A DNA stretch of 64,000 bases, taken from Vulcanococcus limneticus LL (GTDB lineage Bacteria > Cyanobacteriota > Cyanobacteriia > PCC-6307 > Cyanobiaceae). Position 1 is the stretch's first letter; each line of letters begins with the position of its first letter. Position numbers and translations under genes: made by a program. The stretch covers positions 101,765 through 165,764 of the forward strand of contig NZ_CALROT020000004.1 in assembly GCF_943369875.1 (NCBI RefSeq), given 5' to 3'. Below the pieces are notes generated by a model, which worked only from the letters and a program-made list of their open reading frames with translations, searched no databases and was not told the origin of the DNA. Shown here one piece after another: positions 10,215 to 19,695 of this stretch.

Positions 10215-11639
10215 ATGCAGACCCCGGTCCAGTCTTTCGCGGGACAAGCGTTGGCAGGAGACGGGCTCACCGTGGTGCTGGGGCTGGGTCGTTCCGGTCT
10301 CGGGGCCGCCCGGCTGCTGCGCCAGCAGGGCCAGCGGGTGCTGGTGCTCGAGAGCGGCGGCGGCGAGGCCCTAGAGGCCAAGGCCGAGGCCCTGCGGGCC
10401 GAGGGCATTGCCGTGCAGCTGCACACGCCCCTGGCCGCCGCCAGCTTCGCGGCCCTGGCTGAGCGGCCGGCCCGGGTGATCGTCAGCCCCGGCATTCGCT
10501 GGGACCACCCCGCCCTGGAGGAGCTGCGCTCCCAGGGCATCCGCACCGACGGCGAGATCACCACGGCCTGGGAGGCCCTGCAGCCCGTGCCCTGGATCGG
10601 CATCACCGGCACCAACGGCAAGACCACCGTCACCCACCTGGTGGCCCACCTGCTGGCCAGCGCCGGCCTCGATGCGCCCATGGGCGGCAATGTGGGCCGC
10701 TCGGCGGCGGAACTGGCCCTGGAACGGGTGGGTGCTGGCCGGCCCCTGCCCGCCTGGCTGGTGGTGGAGCTGAGCAGCTACCAGATCGAGGCAGCCCCGG
10801 CGATCGCCCCCCGCATCGGCCTCTGGACCACCCTCACCCCCGACCACCTGGAGCGCCACGGCACCCTGGACCACTACCGCGCCATCAAGCGCGGGCTGCT
10901 GGAGCGCTCGGCGGTGCGCATCCTCAACGCCGACGACCCCGACCTGCGCAGCCGCGCCGCCAGCTGGGACCACGCCCAGTGGGTGAGCGCCGGCCCGCGC
11001 CAGCAGGCCCGGAGCGCCGGCATCGAGCCCCACCTGTGGATCGAGGCCGAGCAGGTGATGGGCCCCAATGGCCCCCTGTTCGACGCCCGCGCCCTGGCCA
11101 TGCCCGGCGCCCACAACCGCCAGAACCTGCTGATGGCCACCGCCGTGGGCCTGGAGCTGGGCCTCAGCGGCGCGGTGATGGAGGAGGCCTTCCGCAGCTT
11201 TCCCGGGGTGCCGCACCGGCTGGAGCGCCTGCGGGAGCTGGAGGGGGTGCGCTGGTACAACGACAGCAAGGCCACCAACTACGACGCGGCCGAAGTGGCC
11301 CTGCGGGCCCTCGACGGCCCCCTGGTGGTGCTGGCGGGCGGGGAGTCGAAGCGGGGCGAGGCCGGCGGCTGGATCGGCGAACTCCGGCGCCAGGCGGCCG
11401 CCGTGGTGCTCTACGGAGCCGCCCGCCAGGAGTTCCAGGGGCTGCTGGAGCAGGGCGGCTACGGCGGGGCCGTGGCCGCCGTGGAGGGGCTGGAGCAGGC
11501 CGTGCCCCTGGCCCGGGAGCTGGCGGCACGCCACGGCTGCCGGGCCGTGCTGCTCTCCCCCGCCTGCGCCAGCTTCGATCAGTACAGCGACTTCGAGGCC
11601 CGCGGCGACCACTTCCGCCGCCTGGTGCAGGCGCTCTGA
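10215..11639 (+). CDS. murD: UDP-N-acetylmuramoyl-L-alanine--D-glutamate ligase
   Basis: GLGRSG, ITGTNGKTT, ELSSYQ, HRLE, NDSKATN, LSPACASFDQY. Confidence 0.97.
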   Translation: MQTPVQSFAGQALAGDGLTVVLGLGRSGLGAARLLRQQGQRVLVLESGGGEALEAKAEALRAEGIAVQLHTPLAAASFAALAERPARVIVSPGIRWDHPALEELRSQGIRTDGEITTAWEALQPVPWIGITGTNGKTTVTHLVAHLLASAGLDAPMGGNVGRSAAELALERVGAGRPLPAWLVVELSSYQIEAAPAIAPRIGLWTTLTPDHLERHGTLDHYRAIKRGLLERSAVRILNADDPDLRSRAASWDHAQWVSAGPRQQARSAGIEPHLWIEAEQVMGPNGPLFDARALAMPGAHNRQNLLMATAVGLELGLSGAVMEEAFRSFPGVPHRLERLRELEGVRWYNDSKATNYDAAEVALRALDGPLVVLAGGESKRGEAGGWIGELRRQAAAVVLYGAARQEFQGLLEQGGYGGAVAAVEGLEQAVPLARELAARHGCRAVLLSPACASFDQYSDFEARGDHFRRLVQAL

Positions 11640-11649
11640 GGGTCAGGGA

Positions 11650-12024
11650 TCAGGGCTCAGTCGACGGCTGCTGCAGGCGCCGCCGGGAGCGGTTCACCGC
11701 CAGGCCGGCCTCCACGGCGGAGCCAAGGCCCACGCCACCCAGGCCGAGATACACGCCCGCCACGGCGGCGCTGGTCGTGAGTTCGGTGACATCCGGGCGA
11801 GTCCGGTTGAGCCACCAGGTGCCCCCACCGATGGCCACGCCGCCCAGCAGGGAAGCGCCCACCGCCGCCGCCGCCCCGATCCAGTAGGCCCCCCAGCGGC
11901 GCTGGTAGAGGTAGCCATGCCCCTGGCAGGCCAGGTTGAGCAGGGCGGCGATCCAGCCCGAGGAGGAGGCCGTCAGCTGGTCGCCGCTGAGGACCAGACG
12001 CGGGGCCGGGGCGGGGGAGGGCAA
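11650..12024 (-). CDS. Hypothetical small membrane protein
   Basis: WIAALLNL...GHGYLYQRRW (TM2-like pattern) and two further hydrophobic segments. Confidence 0.6.
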   Translation of the reverse strand: MPSPAPAPRLVLSGDQLTASSSGWIAALLNLACQGHGYLYQRRWGAYWIGAAAAVGASLLGGVAIGGGTWWLNRTRPDVTELTTSAAVAGVYLGLGGVGLGSAVEAGLAVNRSRRRLQQPSTEP

Positions 12025-12124
12025 GGCGACGCCGACGATTCCACGGACCCTACCCAGGGCCGTCGGCCCGTCAAGCGGGCCATCGGGAGCGGCGTTACCC
12101 TGGCGCCCGAATGCTGGCGCAGCA

Positions 12125-12586
12125 ATGGTCCACTGGCTGATGAAGAGCGAGCCCGATGTCTACGGGATCGACCATCTTCAGCGCGAGGGCAGCACCCTGT
12201 GGGATGGCATTCGCAACTACCAGGCCCGCAATTTCATGCGGACAATGGCCATCGGTGATCGCGCCTTCTTCTATCACTCCAACGCCAAGCCACCGGGGAT
12301 CGTGGGGATGATGGAGGTGATTGAAACCGGCCTCACCGACCCCAGCCAGTTCGACCCCGCCAACAAGTACTACGACCTCAAATCCAAGCCCGAGGCGCCC
12401 CGCTGGGACTGCGTGCGGCTCCAGTACGTGGGCCGCTTCGCCGAGCTGCTCAGCCTGGATGCGCTGCGCGAGCAGTTCAGCGTGGAGGAGCTGCCGGTGG
12501 TGCGCGCCGGCAACCGCCTCTCGATCCTGCCGGTGCCCGAGGCCAGCGCCGAGCGGCTGCTGGCCCTGCTGGGTCCCCTGCGCTGA
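12125..12586 (+). CDS. EVE domain protein
   Basis: HWLMKSEP, WDGIRNYQARNFMRTM..GD..FFYHS. Confidence 0.95.
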   Translation: MVHWLMKSEPDVYGIDHLQREGSTLWDGIRNYQARNFMRTMAIGDRAFFYHSNAKPPGIVGMMEVIETGLTDPSQFDPANKYYDLKSKPEAPRWDCVRLQYVGRFAELLSLDALREQFSVEELPVVRAGNRLSILPVPEASAERLLALLGPLR

Positions 12587-12669
12587 GGCCATGACTGCAG
12601 CCCCCAGGATCCCTGGCGCATCCGGGCACGGCCGGTAGGTTGCCGCCCAGTGCCCTTCCCCCCTCGGCC

Positions 12670-13437
12670 ATGACGCTGCCGGCCCTGCACCCCGGCCCGA
12701 TCCAGATCCGCCGGGCCCTGGGCGAGGGCTGGCGCTGCTTCCAGCTGGCCCCCTGGAGCTTCGTGGGCTTCACCCTGCTGGCGGGGAGCAGCACGGTGCT
12801 GGGCCAGAGCCTGCACAGGGTCGGCGCCGATGCCCTGACCGCGGGGGAGGCCGTGCCCCTGGCGCTGCTGGCCAGCGCGGCGGGCCTGACCCTGGGGCTG
12901 GTGGGCAGCCTGTGGTTGAACGTGGGGCTGGTGCGCGGCGCCTGGATCGGCCTGGCCGGAGATCGGCCCCGCTTCAGCGACCTGGCCCGCTGGGACGGCC
13001 GGGCCATCCTGCGGCTGCTGCTGATCGTGCTGCTGCTCCTGCTGATCAACGTGCTGGTGCTGGTGATCGCCGGCCTGGGCAGCGGCCTGCTGACGCTGGT
13101 GCAGCCGCTGCTGGGGCTGCTGCCGGCCCTGGCGGGTGGGGCCGTGTTCGCCTACATCGCCGTCAACCAGCTGTTGCATCTGCCCCTGGCGGTGCTGGGG
13201 GGCACGGGCCCGGTCGACAGCTTCCGCTCCGGGAGGGTCGCCATCGATCCCCACTGGGGGCGCGGCCTGGCCTTCAGCCTGGTGCTGGGCCTGATCCTGG
13301 TGGCAGGGGCGCTGGCCCTGCTGGCGGGCCTGCTGGTGGCCCTGCCGCTGGTGAACTGCAGCCTGGCGGCGGCCTACCGCCAGCTGTTCGGCCCGGAGGA
13401 CCGCTCCGGCCTGCTGACCTACCGCGGACAGCCCTGA
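12670..13437 (+). CDS. Hypothetical multi-pass membrane protein
   Basis: At least five hydrophobic helices with host codon usage; start taken at MTLPAL. Confidence 0.7.
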   Translation: MTLPALHPGPIQIRRALGEGWRCFQLAPWSFVGFTLLAGSSTVLGQSLHRVGADALTAGEAVPLALLASAAGLTLGLVGSLWLNVGLVRGAWIGLAGDRPRFSDLARWDGRAILRLLLIVLLLLLINVLVLVIAGLGSGLLTLVQPLLGLLPALAGGAVFAYIAVNQLLHLPLAVLGGTGPVDSFRSGRVAIDPHWGRGLAFSLVLGLILVAGALALLAGLLVALPLVNCSLAAAYRQLFGPEDRSGLLTYRGQP

Positions 13438-13461
13438 CACGCGGGCGGCGGCAGAGCCGGC

Positions 13462-13821
13462 TCAGAGCGGCTCAGCGAAGCGGGGTTGCTGGGGAAACAG
13501 GTTGGCCAGGTAGCAGCGGGTGATCTCGCGGCTCTGCACGCCGTTCTGCACCAGGAAGCCGGCCAGGGCCGCCTGGAACAGGCGGTACTGGTCCCAGTTG
13601 GGGTGCGCCTCGATGAAGCCCCGCATCGAGTGCAGCAGGGGTTCGGGCACCTCGGCCCACAGGCTCACCATGCCCGGCGGCTCCATCGGCTCGATGCCGG
13701 CCCCCGCAGGCCCCGTAGCCGCGGCCACCGGCGCCACTGCCGTCGGTACCGCAGCCGCGTGGACCGCCGACTGCCGGGGCGTGATCTGCCATGCCGCTGT
13801 CTGCCCTGCCGTTGTCTCCAT
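13462..13821 (-). CDS. DUF2811 domain protein
   Basis: VSLWAEVPEPL...FIEAHPNWDQYRLFQAALAGFLVQNG. Confidence 0.85.
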   Translation of the reverse strand: METTAGQTAAWQITPRQSAVHAAAVPTAVAPVAAATGPAGAGIEPMEPPGMVSLWAEVPEPLLHSMRGFIEAHPNWDQYRLFQAALAGFLVQNGVQSREITRCYLANLFPQQPRFAEPL

Positions 13822-14192
13822 CGCCCGATGCCGCGCTGTGGGCACCAGTTCCCCACAGCACGGCGCCCGCGTCAAACCGGAGCGCCGAGGGGCCGCGGGG
13901 GTCAGTCTCACCGCAGGATCGCCTGCAGCGCAGTGGCTCTCAGCGACAGTGCCCCTGCCGCGCCCCCCGCTTGAAGCGGCGGGTCCGGCCTGTCAACGGG
14001 AGAGGGCCGAGCGGCGGGGTTCTCCCCAGGCCCCTGCCCCACGGGCCCACCTGGGGGGAGGAGCTGCGGAAAACCGGGGCAAAACCCTGGGGAGAACGCA
14101 GCAGCGCGGGGGAGAACCCCTTCGATCAGCAGTGCTGATCAGCGGCCAATCTCGCCACCGATCTCAGGGCCGCGGGCCGGCAAGCTGGATCG

Positions 14193-15095
14193 ATGGCATC
14201 CGAACCCACCGGCCCCCGCGCGATCGCCCTGCTGGGCACCGGCCTGCTGGGGGCGGCCATCGGCCAGCGCCTGCTGCAGCGGGGCCACCGGCTCAGCGTC
14301 TGGAACCGCACGCCCGAGCGCTGCGCGCCGCTGCTGGCCGCCGGGGCCGAGCTGGCCGCCACGCCGGCCACCGCCATCGCCGCGGCCGAGGTGGTGGTCA
14401 CCGTGCTGAGCGATGGGCCGATCACCGCCGCGGTGCTGCTGGACCAGGGGGGCAGCGCCCTGGCGGGCCGCAGCGTGGTGCAGATCGCTACGATCGCGCC
14501 GGACGAGAGCCGCCAGCTCGACGTCGCGATCCGCAGCCTGGGTGGCCACTACATCGAGGCACCGGTGCTGGGCAGCCGCCCGGAGGCCCTGGCCGGCAAC
14601 CTGCAGCTGATGGCGGGCGGCCCCGCCGCCAGCGTGGAACGGCTCTGGCCGCTGCTGCAGGACCTGGCCGGCACGCCGGTGCGCCTCGGCGAGGTGGGCA
14701 GCGCCATGGCCGCCAAGCTCGCCCTCAACCAGCTGATCGCCAGCCTCACCCACGCCTTCAGCCTCTCGCTGCACCTGGTGCAGCACGCCGGCGTGGAGGT
14801 GGAGGCCTTCATGGCGCTGCTGCGCGGCAGCGCCCTCTACGCCCCCACCTTCGACAAGAAGCTGGAACGGGAGCTCGCCGGCGACTACGCCAACCCCAAT
14901 TTCCCCACCGCCCACCTGCGCAAGGACCTGCTGCTGTTCCTGGCGGCGGCCCGCGGCGCCGGCCTTGCGGTGGAGGGCCTGGAGGGGCTGGCGGCGCTGC
15001 TGGAGCGGGCCACGCCCGCCGGCCTGGACGGGCTCGATTACTGCGCCCTGCACGCCCTCACGGCTGGCCGCCCAGCTGCTGCAGCGCCCGCGTGA
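14193..15095 (+). CDS. NAD(P)-dependent oxidoreductase, 3-hydroxyisobutyrate/2-hydroxy-3-oxopropionate reductase family
   Basis: GTGLLG Rossmann motif, VWNRT, EAPVLGS, KLALN, NFP..HLRKD. Confidence 0.9.
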   Translation: MASEPTGPRAIALLGTGLLGAAIGQRLLQRGHRLSVWNRTPERCAPLLAAGAELAATPATAIAAAEVVVTVLSDGPITAAVLLDQGGSALAGRSVVQIATIAPDESRQLDVAIRSLGGHYIEAPVLGSRPEALAGNLQLMAGGPAASVERLWPLLQDLAGTPVRLGEVGSAMAAKLALNQLIASLTHAFSLSLHLVQHAGVEVEAFMALLRGSALYAPTFDKKLERELAGDYANPNFPTAHLRKDLLLFLAAARGAGLAVEGLEGLAALLERATPAGLDGLDYCALHALTAGRPAAAAPA

Positions 15096-15429
15096 ACGCC
15101 GCGCTGGCCGGCGCCGGCCAGGAGCCCTCGATCGCCCGCTGGCCACCTGCGGGGCTGAGCATCACCCGCAGGTCCCACTGCTCGCGATCCCCCTCGACCG
15201 CCAACCACCAGACCCCGCGCTCCAGCTCCAGCTCGATCGCCTCCTCCGCCATCAGCTGATCGACCAGCGCGGCGTGCTGACCCACCAGGTCGGCCACGGC
15301 GGCCCGCAGGGCCTCGGCCTCCGCCAGGGTCAGCTCGGCCGCCCAGCCGTCACCGCCGATGAGCACAGCAAAGGGCTGGCGCGCACCGTCCCAGGCGAGT
15401 CGCCAGCCCTCTCCTTCCAGATGGATCAC
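15058..15429 (-). CDS. DUF1818 family protein
   Basis: EGEGWRLAWD...LIGGDGWAAELT...LMAEEAIELE. Confidence 0.8.
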   Translation of the reverse strand: MIHLEGEGWRLAWDGARQPFAVLIGGDGWAAELTLAEAEALRAAVADLVGQHAALVDQLMAEEAIELELERGVWWLAVEGDREQWDLRVMLSPAGGQRAIEGSWPAPASAAFTRALQQLGGQP

Positions 15430-15443
15430 CCGCTCCAGCCGGT

Positions 15444-15674
15444 TCAGCCGGGCAGCAGGTCGGGCTGGTCCTGCTCGTCGCTGAGTTCGACGATGGCGCG
15501 CTGTACGGGCTTGATCATCGAGTCTTCGAGCAGGCCGTCGAAGTCGTCAAAGCGGCGCTGCTTGGCGCGGAAGGCGATCCGCACGGTGGTGAGGTAGCGG
15601 TTGCTGGAGTGGCGGATCAGGCTCTCGGCCCGCTGGGCCAGTTCCTTGGGGCTCACGTCGACGCCGATGAACAT
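15444..15674 (-). CDS. rpoZ: RNA polymerase omega subunit
   Basis: [22 protein letters not shown]...[13 protein letters not shown]. Confidence 0.95.
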   Translation of the reverse strand: MFIGVDVSPKELAQRAESLIRHSSNRYLTTVRIAFRAKQRRFDDFDGLLEDSMIKPVQRAIVELSDEQDQPDLLPG

Positions 15675-15921
15675 GTCTCCACTGCCTTTAAAGGGAGCTT
15701 AGGTCAGCAGCTTGCGGGGCCTACCCGGGCGGAAGGGTGGCGGACCCAGAGGCTGCGCGAGGTCGAGTCCAACGGCCGCGGAACAGCTCCGGCAGGAGCG
15801 ACCGGCTGCCAGACAGCAGGTCAGGACCTGTAGAAGGAGGCATTCAGCAAAGCCCCGGGTCAGCCCAGCGCCTGCCCGAACAGCCGCCGCACCCCTCCGC
15901 CCCCCGCCACGCTCCACCGCC

Positions 15922-17487
15922 ATGGCCGGCACCCTCGCCATCGACCTGGGCAGCACCACCACCGTGGTGGCCTACCAGCCGGCCGGCGGCCCCGCCGAGC
16001 TGCTGGAGCTTGCCCCCTACACCTGCGGCAGTCCTGCCGTGGTGCCGAGCCTGCTCTGGCTGGCCCAGGCCGACTCCGGCCAGCCCCTGATCGGCCGCCA
16101 GGTGCTGGAGGCCGGGCTGGCGGAGCACCCGGGGCCTGAACTGCACCGGGATTTCAAACGCCACATCGGCCAGGGCGACGCCGGCGATCCGGCCGCCAAC
16201 GCCCCCGCCAGCCTGCTGGCGCCCGAGCAGGCGGCCGAACTGCTGCTGCAGCGCCTCTGGCGCCAGCTGCCGGCGGAGCTGACGCCCAGCCGGCTGGTGC
16301 TCACCGCCCCGATCGACGCCTACCGCGGCTACCGCCGCTGGCTCACCGCCGTGACGGCCAGCCTGGCGGTGCCGGAGATCGCCCTGGTGGATGAGCCCAC
16401 CGCCGCCGCCATCGGCGCAGGCCTGGCACCGGGCAGCCGGGTGCTGGTGGTGGATCTGGGCGGCGGCACGATCGACCTGTCCCTGGTGGCCCTGGAGGGC
16501 GGCGAGGGCCGCGCCGCCCCCATCGCCCAGCTGCTGCGCTTCGGCGGCCGCGACCTGGAGGGCTCTCGCCAGACCCTGCGCACCGCCCGGGTGCTGGGCA
16601 AGGCGGGCCTGGCCCTCGGCGGCCGCGACATCGACCACTGGATCGCCGCCGACCTCTGCCCGGACCAACCGGCTTCGGCGTCGCTGCTGGCCGCTGCCGA
16701 GCGGCTCAAGTGCGCCCTCAGCGACGAACCGGAGGCGCTGACGCTCTGGACGCCGGCCCCCGGCGCCGCCCCCCGCTCCCTGCGCCTGGACCGAGCCGGC
16801 CTGGCGGGGCTGCTGGAGCGGCGGGGCCTGATCGCCGCCCTCGACCAGCTGCTGGAGACCGTGCTGGCCGCCGCCCGCGCCGCCGGCATCGGCCTGGCGG
16901 ACCTGGATGCGGTGCTGCCGGTGGGGGGCACCAGCCGGCTGCCGGCTGTGCAGGCCTGGCTGCAGGAGCGCTGCCCGGGGGTGCCCCTGCGGGGCGAGCG
17001 GCCGATCGAGGCCGTGGCCCTCGGCGCCCTGGCCCTGACCCCGGGCGTGGCGGTGAAGGACGTGCTGAGCCGCGGCGTGTCGCTGCGCTGCTGGGACCAG
17101 CGCAGCGGTCGCCACCGCTGGCATCCACTGTTCGTGCCGGGCCAGGCCTGGCCCACCGAGCGTCCCCTGGAGCTGGTGCTGGCCGCCAGCCGCGAGGGCC
17201 AGCGGGAGCTGGAGCTGGTGCTGGGGGAGCCGCGCAGCGAGGAGCGCAGCGAGGTGGTGTTCGTCGGCGGAATGCCGGTGCTGCGCCAGCGGCCGGCCGG
17301 CGAGGCCGCCGTGGAGGCCTGGCCCCGGCAACCGCAGGCGCTGCCCCTGGCCCCCGCCGCCAGCGCCGGGGTGGATCGGCTGCGGCTGCGGTTCCGGATC
17401 GATGCCGACGGGCAGCTGCAGCTCCAGGCCGAGGACCTGCTGAGCGGCACGGCCCTGCCGGAGCGCAGCCTGGGCAGCGTGCGCTGA
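15922..17487 (+). CDS. Hsp70/DnaK-like family protein (atypical)
   Basis: AIDLGSTTT, DEPTAAA, VDLGGGTIDLS, LGGRDID, VGGTSRLP actin-fold motifs. Confidence 0.88.
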   Translation: MAGTLAIDLGSTTTVVAYQPAGGPAELLELAPYTCGSPAVVPSLLWLAQADSGQPLIGRQVLEAGLAEHPGPELHRDFKRHIGQGDAGDPAANAPASLLAPEQAAELLLQRLWRQLPAELTPSRLVLTAPIDAYRGYRRWLTAVTASLAVPEIALVDEPTAAAIGAGLAPGSRVLVVDLGGGTIDLSLVALEGGEGRAAPIAQLLRFGGRDLEGSRQTLRTARVLGKAGLALGGRDIDHWIAADLCPDQPASASLLAAAERLKCALSDEPEALTLWTPAPGAAPRSLRLDRAGLAGLLERRGLIAALDQLLETVLAAARAAGIGLADLDAVLPVGGTSRLPAVQAWLQERCPGVPLRGERPIEAVALGALALTPGVAVKDVLSRGVSLRCWDQRSGRHRWHPLFVPGQAWPTERPLELVLAASREGQRELELVLGEPRSEERSEVVFVGGMPVLRQRPAGEAAVEAWPRQPQALPLAPAASAGVDRLRLRFRIDADGQLQLQAEDLLSGTALPERSLGSVR

Positions 17488-17613
17488 GCGGCCGGCACCC
17501 GGCAGCCCTGGCCGGCGGCCACCCCGGTGGACGACGCAGCGGCTGGTCCCGGGGGACGACCCAGGGGCCGGCCCATTCATAGAACGGGCCCACTGCACTG
17601 ACGATCTGCTTCC

Positions 17614-18450
17614 GTGGCCATCCGCCGGCACCGGCTTCCGCGCTTCTGGCTGCTGGTCACCCTCGGCCTGGTGGCGGGCGGGGTTGGGGCCGCCTACTGG
17701 TGGGAGCGTCAGCTGCCGGGCCGGCTGGAGCGCGCCGCCCAGGAGGGCCGCCTCGACGACTGCCTGCGCTACGGCGAGCAGCTCACCTCGCTGCGCTGGC
17801 TGGGGGGCGCGGCACCCCAGGAGCAGGGCCGCTGCCGCCGCCTCAAGGCGGAGAACCTCTGGACGTCGGGCCAGGTGGGCGAGGCCCTGCGGGTCCAGCT
17901 GCAGCTGGTGAATTCGGAGGCCGGCAGCTCCGCCGACCAGCGGCGCCTGGTGGAGTGGCAGCGCCAGCTGGAGGCCCGGGCCCTGGCCCGCTTCCAGGGG
18001 GGCGACCTGGAGGGGGCCCTGGCGGTGCTGGCCACGTTCAACGCCGACCACAACCCGGAAGGCACCGCCCTGGGCGACACCCTGCGGGAAAACTGGAACC
18101 GCAACCGCCTGCAGCGGGACCGGGCCCAGCAGCTGATCCCCCAGAAGCGCTGGTGGGAGGCCCTCGATGCCCTCAACCGCATCGACCACCCCTGGTGGAA
18201 GACCCACACCCAACCCCTGCGTCAGCAGGTGCAGAAGGGGATCGACGGACTGCGGAACGCCCACGAGAAGGAGCACGACGGCCATGGCAAGGGGGGCCTG
18301 GAGTCGAACGTGCCGAGCGACAAGCTCAATGCCCTGGTCACGGCCAAGATCGCCGCGGGCGTGGACGACTGGCAGGCCTTCACCTCGGCCTGCAAGGAAC
18401 TGGGGGGCCGGGTGGTGGAGGCCGGGCCGGAGAGCGCCTGCCGCCGCTGA
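17614..18450 (+). CDS. Hypothetical exported or membrane-anchored helical-repeat (TPR-like) protein
   Basis: N-terminal TM (FWLLVTLGLVAGGVGAAYWW) followed by amphipathic helices; host codon usage. Confidence 0.7.
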   Translation: MAIRRHRLPRFWLLVTLGLVAGGVGAAYWWERQLPGRLERAAQEGRLDDCLRYGEQLTSLRWLGGAAPQEQGRCRRLKAENLWTSGQVGEALRVQLQLVNSEAGSSADQRRLVEWQRQLEARALARFQGGDLEGALAVLATFNADHNPEGTALGDTLRENWNRNRLQRDRAQQLIPQKRWWEALDALNRIDHPWWKTHTQPLRQQVQKGIDGLRNAHEKEHDGHGKGGLESNVPSDKLNALVTAKIAAGVDDWQAFTSACKELGGRVVEAGPESACRR

Positions 18451-18525
18451 CCTGCCGCCCTGGGGGCGCGTCCCCAGGCGGCGTAGCACGCGTGACAGGA
18501 TGAGCCGGTCGCACGCGCACCCTCC

Positions 18526-18747
18526 ATGCAAGCGGGAGATCAGGTCAGGGTCAGCCAGAGCGTTGTGGTGTTCCACCACCCCGAGCATCGGGGCCAGGCC
18601 TTCGATCTCCAGGGCCAGCAGGGCCTGGTGCACCAGGTGCTGAACGACTTCAAGGGGCGTCCCATCAGCCCCACCCTGCCGGTGATCGTGGCCTTCGGCC
18701 GCTTCCGCGCCCACTTCCGCGCCGACGAACTCGAGCCGGTGGCCTGA
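18526..18747 (+). CDS. ftrV: Ferredoxin-thioredoxin reductase variable chain
   Basis: GDQVRV..SVVVFHHPEHRGQAFDLQG...GRPISPTLP. Confidence 0.93.
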   Translation: MQAGDQVRVSQSVVVFHHPEHRGQAFDLQGQQGLVHQVLNDFKGRPISPTLPVIVAFGRFRAHFRADELEPVA

Positions 18748-18778
18748 AGGCCCGGCCCCACGCCCAGGGGCAGCCGAC

Positions 18779-19453
18779 CTACGCGCCTGGCTTCAGCAGG
18801 AACACGCCCTCCTCACCGTCGATCGCCTGCAGGCACAGGGCGATCGTCTCCTGGCGGCTGGTGGGCACGACCCGACCGCAGAAATCCGGCTGGATCGGCA
18901 GTTCCCGGTGGCCCCGATCCACCATCGCCAGCAGGCGCACGCGTCGGGGCCGGCCCCAGGCCTGTAGGGCCTCCAGGGCCGCCCGCACGGTGCGGCCCGT
19001 GAAGATCACGTCGTCCACCAGCACCAGCTCGCGGCCCTCAAGGGCCGCCGGCAGCTGGGTCGGGGCCGCCAGCCGGGTGGCCACCCGCTGCAGATCGTCG
19101 CGGTGGAACGTGGGATCGAGGCTGCCCTGGTCCACCGGATGGCCGCAGAGGGCCTGGAGCTTGGCGGCCAGCACCTCCGCCAGGGCCACCCCCCGGGTGG
19201 GGATGCCGAGCAGCAGCAGCGAGCGGCTGTCGTCGACGCTCTCCAGCACCTGGGACGCCAACCGGTTCAGGGTGCGTCCCAGCTCCTGGGCGGACAGGAT
19301 TTCCACACGCGTGGCAGGGGCGTATCCCTGGACCGCAGCGTCGGCCTGGGCGTTCGCGGCAGGCCCTGCGCCGAAGTCCACGGAACCCCCATCACCGCGC
19401 TCGGCGGGGCCGCTCCGCTGAAGGCCGCGCTCCTCGGGACTGGGCAAGACCAC
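18779..19453 (-). CDS. pyrR: Bifunctional pyrimidine regulator / uracil phosphoribosyltransferase (start uncertain; GTG at 19381 or 19306 possible)
   Basis: [47 protein letters not shown]. Confidence 0.93.
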   Translation of the reverse strand: MVLPSPEERGLQRSGPAERGDGGSVDFGAGPAANAQADAAVQGYAPATRVEILSAQELGRTLNRLASQVLESVDDSRSLLLLGIPTRGVALAEVLAAKLQALCGHPVDQGSLDPTFHRDDLQRVATRLAAPTQLPAALEGRELVLVDDVIFTGRTVRAALEALQAWGRPRRVRLLAMVDRGHRELPIQPDFCGRVVPTSRQETIALCLQAIDGEEGVFLLKPGA

Positions 19454-19695
19454 GGCATCGGGGAAGGGGCGCCATGCTACGGGCCTTGCCCAGCGGCACC
19501 GGCCCAGCGGGCTCAGGGGCGGGGCTAGGGCCCGGCGACGCCGCAGCGGAGCCCGTACCGCCAGCCGCGTCCGCCCAAGGGGTCGGCCGACCCTGTGGAC
19601 AAAAGCTGACGCAATCGGGGATCAAGCAGGCCCTTAGGAGGGCTCACGGTAGGTTGGGTTGTGGAGATATTGCAGTGAAAGAGCGGGGCGAACGG

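Noticed and set aside
15844-18714. 956-aa ORF on the - strand, and similar very long ORFs (19525-21834, 23852-25795, 56322-58988, 47529-49571)
   Set aside because: Antisense or off-frame shadows of real genes caused by GC-rich codon bias; no recognisable motifs and full overlap with well-supported genes.
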